NCBI RefSeq assembly: GCF_006345805.1
Contig: NC_043007.1
Span: 60,884,001 to 60,948,000, forward strand
Length of the DNA stretch: 64,000 nucleotides
Origin: Octopus sinensis
Taxonomy: Eukaryota
Direction of reading: 5' to 3'
How positions within the stretch are numbered: position 1 is the stretch's first letter; each line of letters starts with the position of its first letter. The notes beneath the pieces were generated by a model, which saw nothing but the letters and a program-made list of their open reading frames with translations, made no database searches and had not been told where the DNA came from. Position numbers and translations under genes: made by a program. Shown here piece by piece: positions 28,601-42,150 of this stretch.

Positions 28601-29059
28601 GACATATGTATGTATGTATGTATGTATGTGTGAATGTATGTATGCATGTATGTATGTATGTATGTATGTACGTACGGTTTCATTAAATATGTATCATAGG
28701 TATCCAAATTATGTAAAACTTGAGATAATTATTTCCTTTTTTCCAACAAGTTCAATTAAATGTGAAATAAAACAATATCACAATAATAAGCTGTATTATA
28801 ATAATTCTGTATGCAATAAACTATATTGTAATAATTCAACATATTTTCCTCTTTTGTATGAAATCTGTTTTTCAAAATGTATCTAATGAATATAAGATTT
28901 ATTTAATTCAAGATGTTTCTGTTTAGTGTGTAAACTTAGAGAGTTTTATGTGTATGTGTTTGTGCTTGTGTGTGTGTGTGTGTGTGTGCGTATAGTGTCT
29001 TTTATCCTTAATAGTAAACTTACTACAATGTATTTTGCCAGTTGTTTCTGTTCTTACAA

Positions 29060-29120
<61 letters not shown>

Positions 29121-29722
29121 CAGTTTTAAGTTAGATATATTTATCAATATATCCATTCTCATGTAACAAACAATATATTGACTGTCCTGACTGAAACACA
29201 TCTGTCTGTTGTCAGTTTAGTTTAATGTATGACTCTGTTATGTCTTATAGTAGTGTTAGTATATTTGTCTGCTGTCCCTAGATCAGTATATCACACCATA
29301 CATTCCTTTGTTTTTGTTTTTATTTTTCCTATTTCACTTAACCATATTGTTTTGTTCGATTCCTTTTATTAGTTCTCTTTTTTCTTAATAGTTAGTTCCT
29401 TTTTTGCAAATTTCTTTGTTCATACCAGTAATAATTAGGTCATACTATTTTAAAACAAGCCATCTTCTGTGACTACCACAATAACAACAAAATATAATTT
29501 ATACACTAAAAAATATAGATGGGTATAGTGTGTCTAATGTGTTGATCCCTCTTTCATGTTGAGATTGTAAAATATAAAAAAATTAAAAGATAAAAGGAAG
29601 AAAAAAAACATCTTCCCATTCTGTTAATGTTGTTTATATTTTAAATTTTATATACATATTTATTTTGTTTGTTTTGAAATTCTCTCTAATGACACCTAAT
29701 CATGTAAACTTTTCCCTTTCAG

Positions 29723-29862
29723 AAAGTTACTGGACGTGAATTGAAATACACAGCATTGATTGGCAAACCTAGTGAAATTACCTACCATCATGCTGACTAC
29801 CTGCTGAGTCTCCAGGCCCAGAGCATAGGTATCAATGGAGTGCAGACAATCTACTGCATTGG
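29723..29862 (+). CDS. HDHD5: HDHD5 internal coding exon
   Basis: tttccctttcag| and GG|gtcagt. Reads KVTGRELKYTALIGKPSEITYHHADYLLSLQAQSIGINGVQTIYCIG, containing HAD motif III (GKP). Confidence 0.95.
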
Positions 29863-30066
29863 GTCAGTCTACAACTGTGTCACAGGTTATTTAATGGGGG
29901 TGGATTAGGATTGTTTTTGTTGTATTTTTAATAGTTGTTGTTTTACTCTAAGGACAGTGAACATACCATCTTTTTGTATCTCAAGAACATTATCTCGTGT
30001 GTCATTCTGTTTCTAAAATAGAAGGATGTGATCAGGAAAGTGATGGGCTATTATTTCTAACTGATC

Positions 30067-30280
30067 AAGGCAGCAAGCTGGCAGAATTGTTAGAATGCTT
30101 GACAAAATGCTTAGTGGCATTTGTCTGTCTTTACATTCTGGATTTAAATTCTGCCAAGGTCAACTTTACTTTTCATCCCTTTTGGGGTTGTTAAAATAAT
30201 TACCAATTGAAAACTAGGTCGATGTAATCAACTTACCCCCACCACTGAAACTGCTGGCCTTGTGCCAAAATTTGAAACCC
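30067..30280 (+). mobile_element. tRNA-derived SINE, family A
   Basis: Colinear with 3185-3402. Confidence 0.8.
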
Positions 30281-31509
30281 ACTATTTCTAACTGATCAAA
30301 CAACTACATAAAGATTCCTTCTCTTAGAAAAGTTGGGATAGTGCTCATAGTGTTTAGTCCATCCTAGATCAGGTGACTCAATGATACAAATAACTGCAGT
30401 TAACCTTTATCTGTTACATGTGAGAGGTTAGTGTCTGGAGGCAATAGTAGTCATGGAAGTTCCATAAAGGTACAGTATTAAGCAATATATAGTAGAGGGA
30501 TTGAATGCAAGAGATGGGCTTGGGTGGGATATAGTTATATTAAAAGTTAATGAAGCAAACTCCATTATTGTACTTATAGCACAAAAAAACAATAGAAGTG
30601 CAGAGCCAGCTGGTTATATTTTAATGAAGTTGCAACAAATGCATCACTTGACTGGAATCAACATTATTAACATGTTCACCATTAAAATGATCGAAGCTGA
30701 GAAGTTACAAGAGATAAAATCATTTGACTACCAAAGATTTAAAAACTTTGTCTTTACTGCCAAAGAAATGAAGTTTCATTCTAGGAATACTTTTGTTGAG
30801 AGTTATAGGTAGGTGTGTTGTAAGAGGTAACTAGCTGGTGGATTGAAGGACCAGCTATTCATATTTGTTTATTGGTAATGCACTGTCACAAGCCAATGGT
30901 TAGATCTAAATAAATGTAAATATGAAGAGATACAATACAGCATTGTATGCAATCAGGTGCAAGGAATTAGGCTGCTTTTATCTTTTTAAAATTGCAGTGC
31001 TCAGATCAAACCTCTCAAAACCTGTAACAGACTGACATCTTATTCAGTAGGGACATCTCTCTGCTGCTTAACATTATTAGCATTGTAGTTGTCCTCAGCA
31101 TTCCACAGCACTTACTGATAATAGTAATAAATAAAATGAAAATATCAAAACATGATTTTTTAAAGTTCATACTATGATTTATATATAGTCATGGAAAAGT
31201 ATCTTGTATTTTACAGTATTTATAATATTCATATTTTGTAAGACAAATGGTAGCAAAGTGATAGAGAAAATATGTCTAACTGTACCGTCTTCATAATTTA
31301 CAGTACACATTCCACTAAAATTAATTTTACTTTCATTTCCCCAGTATTGCAAGACATGTACTGGGACCAGTTCAAGTCACTATAATCCTTCCTTGTGACC
31401 TTGTGCAAAAGTTAGAAATTGATATTCTATTATATAGTGTTATGGTCATTGTTGTGAGGTAGAATTTATTTATTAGTGACTTGCTTTTGATTCTTGCATT
31501 TTTTTATTA

Positions 31510-32070
31510 GCTTGGTCAGGAAGAAGGAGCTGTACTGATGACCTTTGAAGGCTCTTTGAGATTATTGAGATCAACATAGTTAATGCTCCTCTTGAATATT
31601 TAAAGTTGACAGCTACCAGAAAGACATAGGCAAAAAAGGGAATTCCAGAGGTCCAGCATTTAGAGAAGGACTAAACAGAGTGGTTAATGTAAGACCTGAG
31701 GTTAGAATCATGATATGGGGGACGAGAAGAATCAAATGAGTCAAGAAGAGATGGTTTAAGATCAGATAGCTTTGGCAAACAGAGGCCACAGTAGTAGCAG
31801 TAGAAAAGACTGAAAGGGGAAAAAAATGACAACAGATTTGTGAACCAGAGATTGAAATGTGTTGAATGTCTGTGTATATATAGAGCAGCATCCCAGATGT
31901 GAGAGCAGTATTACATTGTGGGTCATACCTGAGCTTTGTAGAGGGTTTGTAAATGTTGAGGGATGAAGTATTTTCTGACCTTGAAGAGGAAGGACTCTTT
32001 GTGATGAAGTCATTTCACTTCATTTATATTACTCTTGCCTTTGCGAAACATGAACATTATACAATCTCAC
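31510..32070 (-). mobile_element. Non-LTR retrotransposon RT C-terminal remnant
   Basis: Minus strand reads PQHLQTLYKAQV.PTM.YCSHIWDAA, a conserved post-RT LINE motif, with stops. Confidence 0.65.
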
Positions 32071-32221
32071 CCCCTTTGACTATAAATGTAACAATTTGTG
32101 TCAGTATAAGAAAGCAAATTCATTTTTAAAATAGAAAAGGTTAATTGTTTTAATCTATCTTCATATTATTTTCAAAATGTATATTGAAAACATATTGATA
32201 AATATATTTCATTTTTTGCAG

Positions 32222-32642
32222 AGATAACCCAGAGACTGACATATATGGAGGGAATCTATATAACCGATATCTGCATTCTCGATCTGCAAAACAAAGAAAA
32301 CAAGCCAAAAAGGTTCAGCAGTTAGCCAACACGACTAATTCTAGTATCAACTCGGACATGTCCAGTGTTGACGAACTGATGGACACTGAGGACACCGTAA
32401 TAGATCTGATGTCTTCAGGGACAGATGAAAGTATTATCCTTACTGACAAATCTGTGTCAATACTTGTCTGTACTGGAGTGTACACAACTGACAGTGATTT
32501 TGTAACATATGGAGGAAAAGAAATCTCAAACCATAATCACCGAGACTTTGTACTTGACAGTGAACTGAAGAAACCAACCTATGTTACCCAAAATGTACTA
32601 GAAGCTGTCAAGTTAGTATTTGAGAAAGAAAATTATCATTAA
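32222..32642 (+). CDS. HDHD5: HDHD5 terminal coding exon
   Basis: ttttttgcag|A completes Gly, then DNPETDIYGGNLYNRYL (HAD motif IV GDNxxxD)...SILVCTGVY...HNHRDF...VLEAVKLVFEKENYH-TAA. In frame with track ORF 32358..32642. Confidence 0.95.
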
Positions 32643-32944
32643 TTTGTAATGAATATGTTAAAAAGGTAAACAAGCAAAAAAAAAAAAAATTATAATTCTG
32701 ACACTTCTAGTCACTCAGTAGTTTTATTTATTCCCCCATCCCTTCGACCTTGACTAAATTTATTTTATGAAAAATCTGTTTACTTAGAGAAACACGTTTT
32801 AGTGTTTTTTGTTTCATTTTGAAATTACAATCACATTCAAAAACATGCATTTAACATACACAAGTATACTTATATGTGTATATACATGTCTGTATATATG
32901 CATATGTATGTACATATATATATATATATCTATATATATATCTA

Positions 32945-33019
<75 letters not shown>

Positions 33020-33083
33020 CATATATATAAACATACATATGTAAACAATACTTTCAAAAGAAAGAAAAAGTTTTTTAATTTGC

Positions 33084-33153
33084 CTCCCTGGAGGGAATTG
33101 AACCGGATATCTTTTGTGTCCAGGCAAGCATGCTAAGCATTTCACTATGAGGA
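33084..33153 (-). pseudogene. Degenerate tRNA(Asp)-like sequence (tRNA pseudogene or SINE head)
   Basis: Minus strand tcctcatagtgaaatgcttagcatgcttgcctggacac...ccggttcaattccctccagggag resembles eukaryotic tRNA-Asp (TCCTC 5' end, GGTTCRATTCC B-box, GGGAG 3' end). The anticodon arm is corrupted. Confidence 0.55.
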
Positions 33154-33509
33154 TATTACCTCATCCTTCCTGGAAGTAAGCGTGTTTTTCTGCTTCCTTA
33201 GAGTTTATTTGATCATGATTCATCTAGAAATTTACTCAGTAACTCAACTGTTCACTGGTAATGTGTTTATTGTCAGCTGATGAATGTAAAATGTTGTACC
33301 TTGATTTGAAGTATAGATGAGAATGTTTCCCAATAAAAATAAAATAAACCATGAAATAGCACCATAGATGCTTGGTCTGCAGATGCCTGGGTCAATTCCA
33401 AATAAAGAACATGTCTTTTTTCTCTACTTTCCTAATTGTATTTTATTTTACATATGTCTAATATTATTTTCAAACATATTTCACTTATTATTATTTCAAT
33501 TTTATTGAA

Positions 33510-33905
33510 ATGTAGCTGTATGGTAAGAAGCTTGCTTCCCAACCACATGCTTCCAGGTTCAGTCCCACTGTATGGCACCTTGGGAAAGTGTCTTCTACTA
33601 TAACCTTGGGCTACCCAAAGCTTTGTGAGTGATTTGGTGAAGGGAAACTGAAAGAAGCCCATCATATATGTGTGTGTGTGTGTGTGTGTGTATCTGTGTG
33701 CATATCTTTGCGTCTGTTTTTGCCCCCATTCATTGCTTGACAACCAGTGTTGGTGTATTTATGTCCCCATAACTTAGTAGTTCAGCAAAAGAGATAATAG
33801 AATAAGTAATAGGCTTTAAAAAAATAAGTCCTGGGGTCGATTTGCTCAATTAAAACTCTTTGTGGTAGTACTCCAGCATGGCCACAATCAAATGACTGTA
33901 ATAAG
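33510..33905 (+). mobile_element. tRNA-derived SINE, family B
   Basis: Colinear with 57765-58120. Confidence 0.8.
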
Positions 33906-34270
33906 TAATAGAATAAAAGAAAAAAATATATGAAATGTGGAATTGTGGAAAAACACATTTGTATATTATATACATTTAACATTCATTCATTAAAAATTAG
34001 TTAATCCATCTCAAACCTACAGATTCATTTAGACTGGAGGTTATCCCAATTTATGAGACATATAAGCAACTGAGAGTATAAAACTCCTCTACCCTCTGGA
34101 TGGGAAACAAGTTTGTCACAAGGTTGACCCTCAGCTCCTGTTGTAGATACTTAGTTTCAGTTGAGTGGACAGGAGCTGTAATGTGAAATATGGTGCCTTA
34201 CTGAAAGACACAACATAGCTACCCCATTTGAAAATTGAACTGATGAATTTACAACCATGAGCCCGACATA

Positions 34271-36030
34271 TAATAAATAATAATAATAATAATAATAATA
34301 ATAATTGTGTACAGTGCTCAGGTGCACTACAACTCATCTAAAGTGTATATATAATCAGGTGAAGTTTCGGCGGATTTCGGAAAGCATGAGGGCCTTAAAA
34401 GATGCAGTGTCATGGCAGTCAACAACTGACGCAGGCAGTTTATTCCATGCTTCAGCAACTCTGAGCGTGAAAAAATGTTTCCGAAAGTCATGGGAGCTGT
34501 ATTGTTTTCTGACTTTGTAGGCATGTCCACGTGTGTTAGACACATGGAGATCAAAAAGGTGTTCAGTGTTGTTGTTGGTGAGGTGGTTGATAACTTTGTG
34601 GGTGTTTACCAAGTCCGTCGCCAAACGCCGGAGCTTCAGTGAATCCATGCCCAGGGAAACAAGGCGCTCAGAATATGGTAGGTGTCTGATGGAGGGTATG
34701 CGTTTGGTTGCACGTCTCTGGACAGATTCCAGGAGGTCAATGTTCTGTGCAAGATAGGGGTTCCAAACTGATGATGCGAATTCCAAGTGTGGTCGTACCA
34801 TAGCTGTATACAGTTTTAAATAGATGGCTGGAGAGCGGCTAACAAAAGACCTGCTGAGTGATGCCAAGACACCCTCGGCCTTCCTGACAATCTTAGAGAT
34901 ATGCTTTGACCAACGCAGATCACTGCTGACAGTGATGCCTAGGTCACGCTCGCAAGAGGATTTCTTGATATCAGTGTTGTGGAGGGAGTATGTGAACGCA
35001 GGGTTTTTTCTCCCAAAATGCATGGTGGTGCACTTGTCCACAGCCAGTTTCAGTTGCCAGTCTGTGATCCATTGCTGCATTGTGTCTAGGTCTGATTGCA
35101 GGAAAGAGTTGTAGATATCAGGATCTGTCCTCTTGATTTCAAGGTACAGTTTGATGTCGTCTGCATATTTCAATACTGTGGCATTCTTTAAATTGGCATC
35201 TATGTCGTTAATGTATGCCACAAACAAGAGGGGGCCAAGGACAGATCCCTGTGGTACACCCGATGACATCTCATATGGTGTAGAGTGCTGTCCTAGAACT
35301 GTGACTACCTCCTTTCGGCTGAGGACGAAGGATTTCAACCAGTTAAAAAGGTCATCCCCCACACCCATTGCAGAGAGTTTCACCATAAGCCTTTTGTGTG
35401 GCACAGAGTTGAAAGCCTTAGCAAAGTCAAGGTAGACAACATCCACCCATGAGCCACTGTCAGTAATCTGAGTAATGTCCTCAAGGAACTCGACAAGCTG
35501 GTCACTGCAGCTGGAGTTAGGGACAAATCCATATTGTGAGGGTCGGATGAGACTGTGAGAGCTCCAGAAGTTCCAGAGTGTTTCTCTGACACACGATTCC
35601 ATCAGTTTTGCAATACAGCTAGTGAGACTGACTGGGCGATAGTTGACAGGTGATGTGCGGTCGCCCTTTTTGAACAGAGGAATGACACTGGCAGTTTTCC
35701 ACTGCTCTGGAGTAGCACCATTGTTGAGACAGTACTGGAAGAAAATAGAAAGCTGGTGTAAAAGGAAGTGCCTGCCACATTTGAGAAGCAGGTATGTAAC
35801 TCCATCGAGACCAGGGGAGGCATAGTTGCGCTTATTTTGAAGGTGACGTCGCAGCATTGCAGGTGTAAATTCCATAGTTGTTATGGAGTTTGCTGTTAGT
35901 GATGGTGAAGATGGTACATTTTGACTTTCAACAGTGAATATGTTTGCATAGCACTCGGCAATGAGTTCTGCGCATTCCTTGGGGTCGTCAGTGATCTGGT
36001 TTGTGTGAGGGTTGCGAAGAGGGCCCACTG
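34271..36030 (-). mobile_element. 5'-truncated CR1-group LINE with uninterrupted ORF2 RT segment
   Basis: 557-aa ORF 34355..36028 with NYRPVSLTS, YLDFAKAFNSV, GVPQGSVLGPLLF, YADD and RPHLEFASSVW. (TAA)n tail at about 34271-34304. Confidence 0.95.
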
Positions 36031-36513
36031 GAGAGTGAGGTCTCTGCTTTGAATGCTGATCTCTAAGCCATGTTACTAGAGGTTAGGGTGTTGGGTTCAC
36101 ATTTAATTGATACATAGAAAGAGAGAGGTACATGTAAACTTATTCATAAATAATCCTTTCTACTATAGGCACAGGGCCTGAAATTTTTGGTGTGGATGGG
36201 GAGGAGATAGTCAATTACATCAACTCCAGTACCCTACTGCTCCTTATTTTATAAACCCCAAAAGGAAAGATAAAGTTGACCTCAGCAGGGTTGCAGATTT
36301 AGACACAAGCCCAGAAATTTTGAGGGAAGAAGGTTAGTTAGTTGATATACCATTAATCCCACTACTTAACTGGTTCTTCATGTTATTCTGAAAGGATGAA
36401 TAACAAAATTGACCTTGGTGGGATTTGAATTCAGAACATATAGAGTCTGAAGAAAACAATATCCTAAACATGTAATATAGAGTAAGTAATACCAAAACTT
36501 TTTCAGTTTTCTG

Positions 36514-36560
<47 letters not shown>

Positions 36561-38231
36561 TGTTTCCTTCATTGATTACAGTTATAACTATTGTTTAATA
36601 GCAAACAGCAGTACAATAACATATTCAATATACATAAAATCAAAAATCTCCAGATGTGCTCACTGTTCCTTAACCTCAAGATCGTTTAGCAGGTTTTCAA
36701 CAGACTCATGTAAAATGTTAAATGTAAATTTCCCCATTAATTTTTTCAGTGAGTACACATCAGTAGTTTCTGTCATAGGTTGAATGGGTTGTCACTATCT
36801 GAATCATTTCATTTTGGGATCTACTGCTTATAAAGGCTGATGCTTGTGTATATCATTTGGCTTGGTTTCTACAGTTGGATGCCTTTGCCAACACCCTCTA
36901 CAGATGGTGCATTTTCTCATGCTACCAACACTAGAGTACTCAGTAATATAATGTGTATGGACCCTGTTCAAGTGACCTAAGGGAAGGCTAAGAGCAAAGA
37001 AGAAAGATATTAGATGTGTCAGAATGGGTGAGAAAGTAGAAGGAGCAAGATGATGATGAGAAAGGGAACTAAGAAAAGTAAGCGCAGGTTATCAGATAAA
37101 GGCAATAATAAGTATTGGCTTATGTGAGTAATATGAAAATTTGTAAATACAGGTATTTTTTGTTAATTTTACATTAACATCACAATTTAGTGGGATTATT
37201 TGTTTTACACACATTTTGTTACCAACTGCTACACACCCTGATATAATGATGTAGTATTTCAGTAGACACTCACATACATTCCATCATTTAACACACAATT
37301 TTTTGTAAGTTTAGGGTTAATTAATAGCCATTAATAGACACATTACTATGTATCCATTGATGGTGTAATGATGTGATGCTGTTATACTAAAAACTTTGTA
37401 TCAAATACAGATTTCAAGGCTATGGAGAAAAAAAGAATAAATGTGTAATTACAGCATTAGATTCAATTCTCAAGTAGCATTTGTTCTTCTTTGAACAACT
37501 ACTAATATTTCTACCTTGATCAATTGCTGATTCTTTATGAAGTTATTTTGCTCTCAGACATACTTTTTTCTGTTGCTGATGTTTTCTACTACATCTGCTC
37601 CTTTAAACTAGTAAGTTACATACATGCATAAAACATTCATCTCTCCTTCTTTCATCACCTCTGCTATGTTCTCACATTTCTTCATGGAGATAGATCTACA
37701 AGTGCTTAAACTGAATAATCATATTCATATTACCACAGATGAACTCATGAAAAATATTCATATGTAGACATTCAAACCCATTCCACATATAACACACTAC
37801 CACATGCATGTGTGTGTGCACGCACATACACACACACACATACATATACACACATGCACGTGCGCACACACACACACACACACACTTCATCTCATTATTT
37901 GTTGAGATGAAGAAGCTTGTTTATCCTGAGATATCAAGAGTTACACTTTCTGGATTCTTGTAAGATCACTTATGTTGATATAGTTCAGGGTTTTAGACAA
38001 ATATCAGAGAAATTCCATATGAGAGAAGAGAACATAACTTTTAACTTAAGCATTTCTTCCTGTGTATTAATGACACATTCTTAGAATCAGTTTGTGAATG
38101 CTCATCTGATTTAGGTTTTCTTTAACCATGCTTAATACCAACCTGAGAGCAACTCTGATTCTATGATACAAAATTTTCTATTTTTAAAGTGTTTCTATTT
38201 AAATGATATGCACTGTCATAATTTTATGCAA

Positions 38232-38610
38232 GGTGCATGCATGGCTGTGTGGTAAGAAGTTTAGTTCCCAACCACATGGTTTTAGGTTCGTTCCCACTAC
38301 ACAGCACATTAGGCAAGTGTATTTTACTATAGCCCCAGGTGGACCAAAGCCTTGTGAGTGGATTTGGTAGATGGAAACTGAAAGAAGCTGGTTGTGTGTA
38401 TGTGTTTGTTTAACTGTCTTCTTTCCCTGACTTCATGTGATAATTGTAAACAAATGTTACTATCATGCAAGCAGTATCTTTCATTTTCAACCATTCATGA
38501 AAACATGACTGGTCATAGGGAATATTATCTTACTGAGAAACAGGTGAGGTTAGTGACAGGAAGGGCAACCACTTGTGGAAAATCTGCCTCAACAAATTCC
38601 ATCTTATGAT
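38232..38610 (+). mobile_element. tRNA-derived SINE, family B
   Basis: Colinear with 2264-2668. Confidence 0.8.
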
Positions 38611-39353
38611 GATGAACCTTTTCTATTCCAAAAAAAAAAAATCAAGGAAGAAGTTAGTTACTGTACAAACAAAATAACTCCAAATTATTGATTATTTTCA
38701 AGATTTATTAAAATATATAAGCTCATTATTTTTGTTAGTTTAAATAAAAGATACATTGGACAGTGCATTTCTACATGCTCCTAAAGAGACAGAAGGGTTA
38801 TAGCTGGAATATTTTCAGTCATAGGTGCTGCTCCATCAGAGCTGATCTGGAGCTAAGCAAGAGCAATGACAACTTTTACTTACTGTACAAAGCAACAAGG
38901 GAGCTTCTATGTGGTTGCTTGACCTATTAGAAACAGCAACCAAATCTCACTGAAATTACACCATGCCATATTAAAAAAGGGAAGGAAACATTGGATAATC
39001 AAGTCCTTGGTACACTATCTGAAATGAAAAATAAAAACACAGTATGGTCAATATGCTGTCTGATGAAAGAATGGACACTGTGTCATTCAAAAATTCCAAA
39101 TTTCCTGAAATTTGTCCACACTGCTTATTATGTGCCTATGCATCCTTTCCTCTTCATGGCTCTTTTACTGTTCATTTTTCTGTCTTCTATTTTATCCTAT
39201 ATGCTATGTTGTCATTACTGTCTTTCTTCACTTGACTTACTGCTGCTTTCTGTCCCTTCTTTTACTCTTTTCCAAAGAATTACAGGACACCTGAGCACTG
39301 TAAACAACTATCGCATCATTATTGAACTGGCAGAATCATTAGAGCATTGGAAA

Positions 39354-41040
39354 TGTAGAAGGAATGGCAAAAATAAGAATGCTTTTACCTAGAGACGAAT
39401 TTAGAGCAGAGTATACAGCTTCAATTCCAGGAAGACTCCTGTTGCTATGCTACTTCTATCACACCATATCACCCCTTTCTTTGTTTGAGGTACACACCAG
39501 CTGCCTTTCACTGGATTCTCCCCTCTCACTCTCTTCAAAACATCTTGCATTATTATGACTGTCTTCTCTCCCATTTTATCACCCCACTTCATTCCTTCTG
39601 CTTACTTCTTGATGTAGCTACATGCCGCTCATAGCCATCCTGCAACAGGGCAGTGTCCTACCATCACATTATAACAATAGCTCTTGTCTATTCATATCCT
39701 TGCACCAGTCTGGGATCTGACTTCCTTTCTGAAACACAAGCCTGCCTACTTTATCCCTTTCAAGCTTGAGCTTCAGTGCCAAGCTTCCTTCTGTGGCCTC
39801 TGGCAGTTTTGCAGTCAGCCTGAACCTTCTCAGATGCCCCATAATTTCCTCTGCAGATACTACACTCTCATTTACCAGGATATCAGTGTAGGAACTAGCA
39901 GCCTGCTTCATCTTGGCCTCATTCCCCAAGATTGCCTTGAGAACCTTCACCATGGTTTTTGGTGCAGAACTTAACTGAACCCCAGCTGAATCAGACAGTA
40001 CATGGTACCTTTGTGCCTCACTAGCTGGTGCCTCCACAATTCTTCAGATACACAAAACTGCAGATATATGCCAACTTGAGGTCAACAATCATAGTTGCCC
40101 CTGTCGTTCACCTCCACTCCTGAAAAGTTTTCCCACATATATCTGCCATTTCACTACCCATATGACAAGACACACACTCATTCAGCTCATGAAAATTTAG
40201 CACCAGTTGAACTTTGTTCTTTATCGACTGAACTACAGTCATCAGCAGCAGCATACTACTTGTTACTTCCTCTTCCCACAGTATCAAAATGCCCACTTCC
40301 TTCCATTTGTCCACCCTTCTGTCGAACTTGTTCCAAGCCTCTCCTTTCAGAGTGTGTTTGTAGCAAATCGTCCTGATTCTTAGTTTTGGAGTGGGTTCTT
40401 CATTCCAAAAATACTCCACTGTTCATCATTTACCATCAAACCCAGCCTGGAAGCCTTCATCTTTGAAATAGCCTAAAGTATTCCCTCTCTCTAAAGGCAA
40501 ACTGTCACTCCTACAGCTTTCTTTCTCTACTCCACATTTACAGCATGCAGCATAACAGTCACTAAATTCCTCACCTGTCTTGCCATTCATTAACACCATC
40601 CAACCAGACAATCACATACATTCCCAAAACCATCCACTACCTCTTTGACTACAATTACCTGTAGTGTCATCAACATCCCTTGTACCTTTAGCTCTGTTTC
40701 ATAGATGCCCCTGCACCTAACCTCTATCGTACTGGGGCTAGTTTTTCCTCTTCAGCTCTCAACCATTTTAATGGTCACTAGAGTTGTACAAGCCATATTG
40801 ACAAGCTGACATTTCCCTTGTCTCCACCAACACCAGTGATGAAGAGTGACTTGTAAATCAAGGTGTGCAGTCCATGATACAGGCCAATCACCTTGTCTGC
40901 AAATTTACTATGAACTAGTTTTAATGTGAGATGCACTTCTACCAACAGGCCATGCTTCGGGTTTGATACTCCTCTCAACTGGACTTGATGTTTCCTCATT
41001 AGCAATACCAGGCAACAGGCCTGCCATGATGACCATTATG
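39354..41040 (-). mobile_element. Decayed Gypsy-like LTR retrotransposon: zinc knuckle/protease-RT-RNase H joined to an LTR end
   Basis: ORFs 40108..40419 (KNKVQLVLNFHELNE), VDLKLAYLQ, 39669..40037 (SSAPKTM...SYTD-ILV, a decayed YxDD) and 39401..39592 (WCDRSSIATG, RNase H). Terminal TGTAGAAGGAA at 39354. Confidence 0.8.
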
Positions 41041-41089
41041 AGTTACAAGAGAAATCTGAGAAAATGATAGAAGCTATAAACAATGAGCT

Positions 41090-42150
41090 ATTTAAAATTC
41101 ATTTATCAGTCAGTTCAATTCTTCATTACTTTTTGGCAAATTCATTGATCACTTAGCTATAAAATGTATCAGCACCACACTCTGCCTTCATCTCCTTTAA
41201 AAGATCTTTATTCATGGAAATAGAGACCAAATTACTCAATCTCTCTTCACTTCAAGAATACCTCATATAATTATTTATTCATTTTAATGAGCTTGGTTTA
41301 GTTCAAGCTCCCATATTACGTCTGCAACATAATATGGGAGGCATCACACTTGCTTTGCAAAATCTGCAGTATAAACTGATTTCAGCTCTCAATTCAATCC
41401 ATCTAAATCCAATATGTTTTTATAGACTTCCAAAGATGAAAATACTTCCATTGAAAATGTTTTTTATAAGTGTGAAAATGCTTGGGATTCAACAGCTCTA
41501 CAAATCTGAAGTTTTAAAACATGATTGCTTTAAATCTTTACTCAATATGAACAACTATATGCAAAATGCTGTTAAACAAAATTCTTAAAACAGCTTCTGG
41601 TTCTTGACGTTGACCTCACTTCTTTGGTGGTTCAGCTGCACCATCCAGAACCCAGTAGTAAAATTCTTCAAACCTGCTGTTCTTGATATTGTGGTGAGGC
41701 ATGTTATTTGAACCCTTTTCACTAAATTATCAGTTCACTAGCATGAATTATTTACAGTGGACACTCTATTTATTGACCAATCAGTTTGCAGATTAGACTA
41801 CCAGTTAGAACATCATCTCAAGAGTCCTTGAAATTTGTGCTATTTTCTCCAGTTAAATAGTTTAGCACTAAAATCCAACCAGAGCTTTCATGGCATTTGA
41901 AGAGAACACAACTTGGCTCTCAAATTAATGATAAAGCTTCAACAAGCTTCAGCAGTCTTGCATCTTCAAGATAATTAATAACCAAGACGATCTTTTTACA
42001 TCCTAGTCTCTCTGGAAAAATGGATGAAAACTACTTTTTAATCACAAAAAATAAACTTTACTGGTTGCTTCTTTTCACTTCATGTGTGAAGTAGTCAAGA
42101 AAATTCTATGTAGTGGTCACATGACTGAATTCTTGTCTTAAGAAGGAATC
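41090..42150 (-). mobile_element. hAT transposase remnant
   Basis: Minus strand reads NYMRYS.SEERLSNLVSISMNKDLLKEMK...VINEFAKK..RIEL, resembling the hAT C-terminal dimerisation region; heavily decayed. Confidence 0.65.

Noticed and set aside
32676-32690. A-run just after the HDHD5 stop suggesting a processed pseudogene
   Set aside because: The gene has canonical introns; this is a genomic A-tract with no upstream AATAAA.
33278-33382. CTGATGA...GAAA...GGTC
   Set aside because: Helix I does not form and helix II is implausible.
34533-35825. Plus-strand ORFs over the CR1 copy (and similar ones over the RTE and LTR relics)
   Set aside because: Antisense or alternative-frame shadows of retroelement coding sequence.
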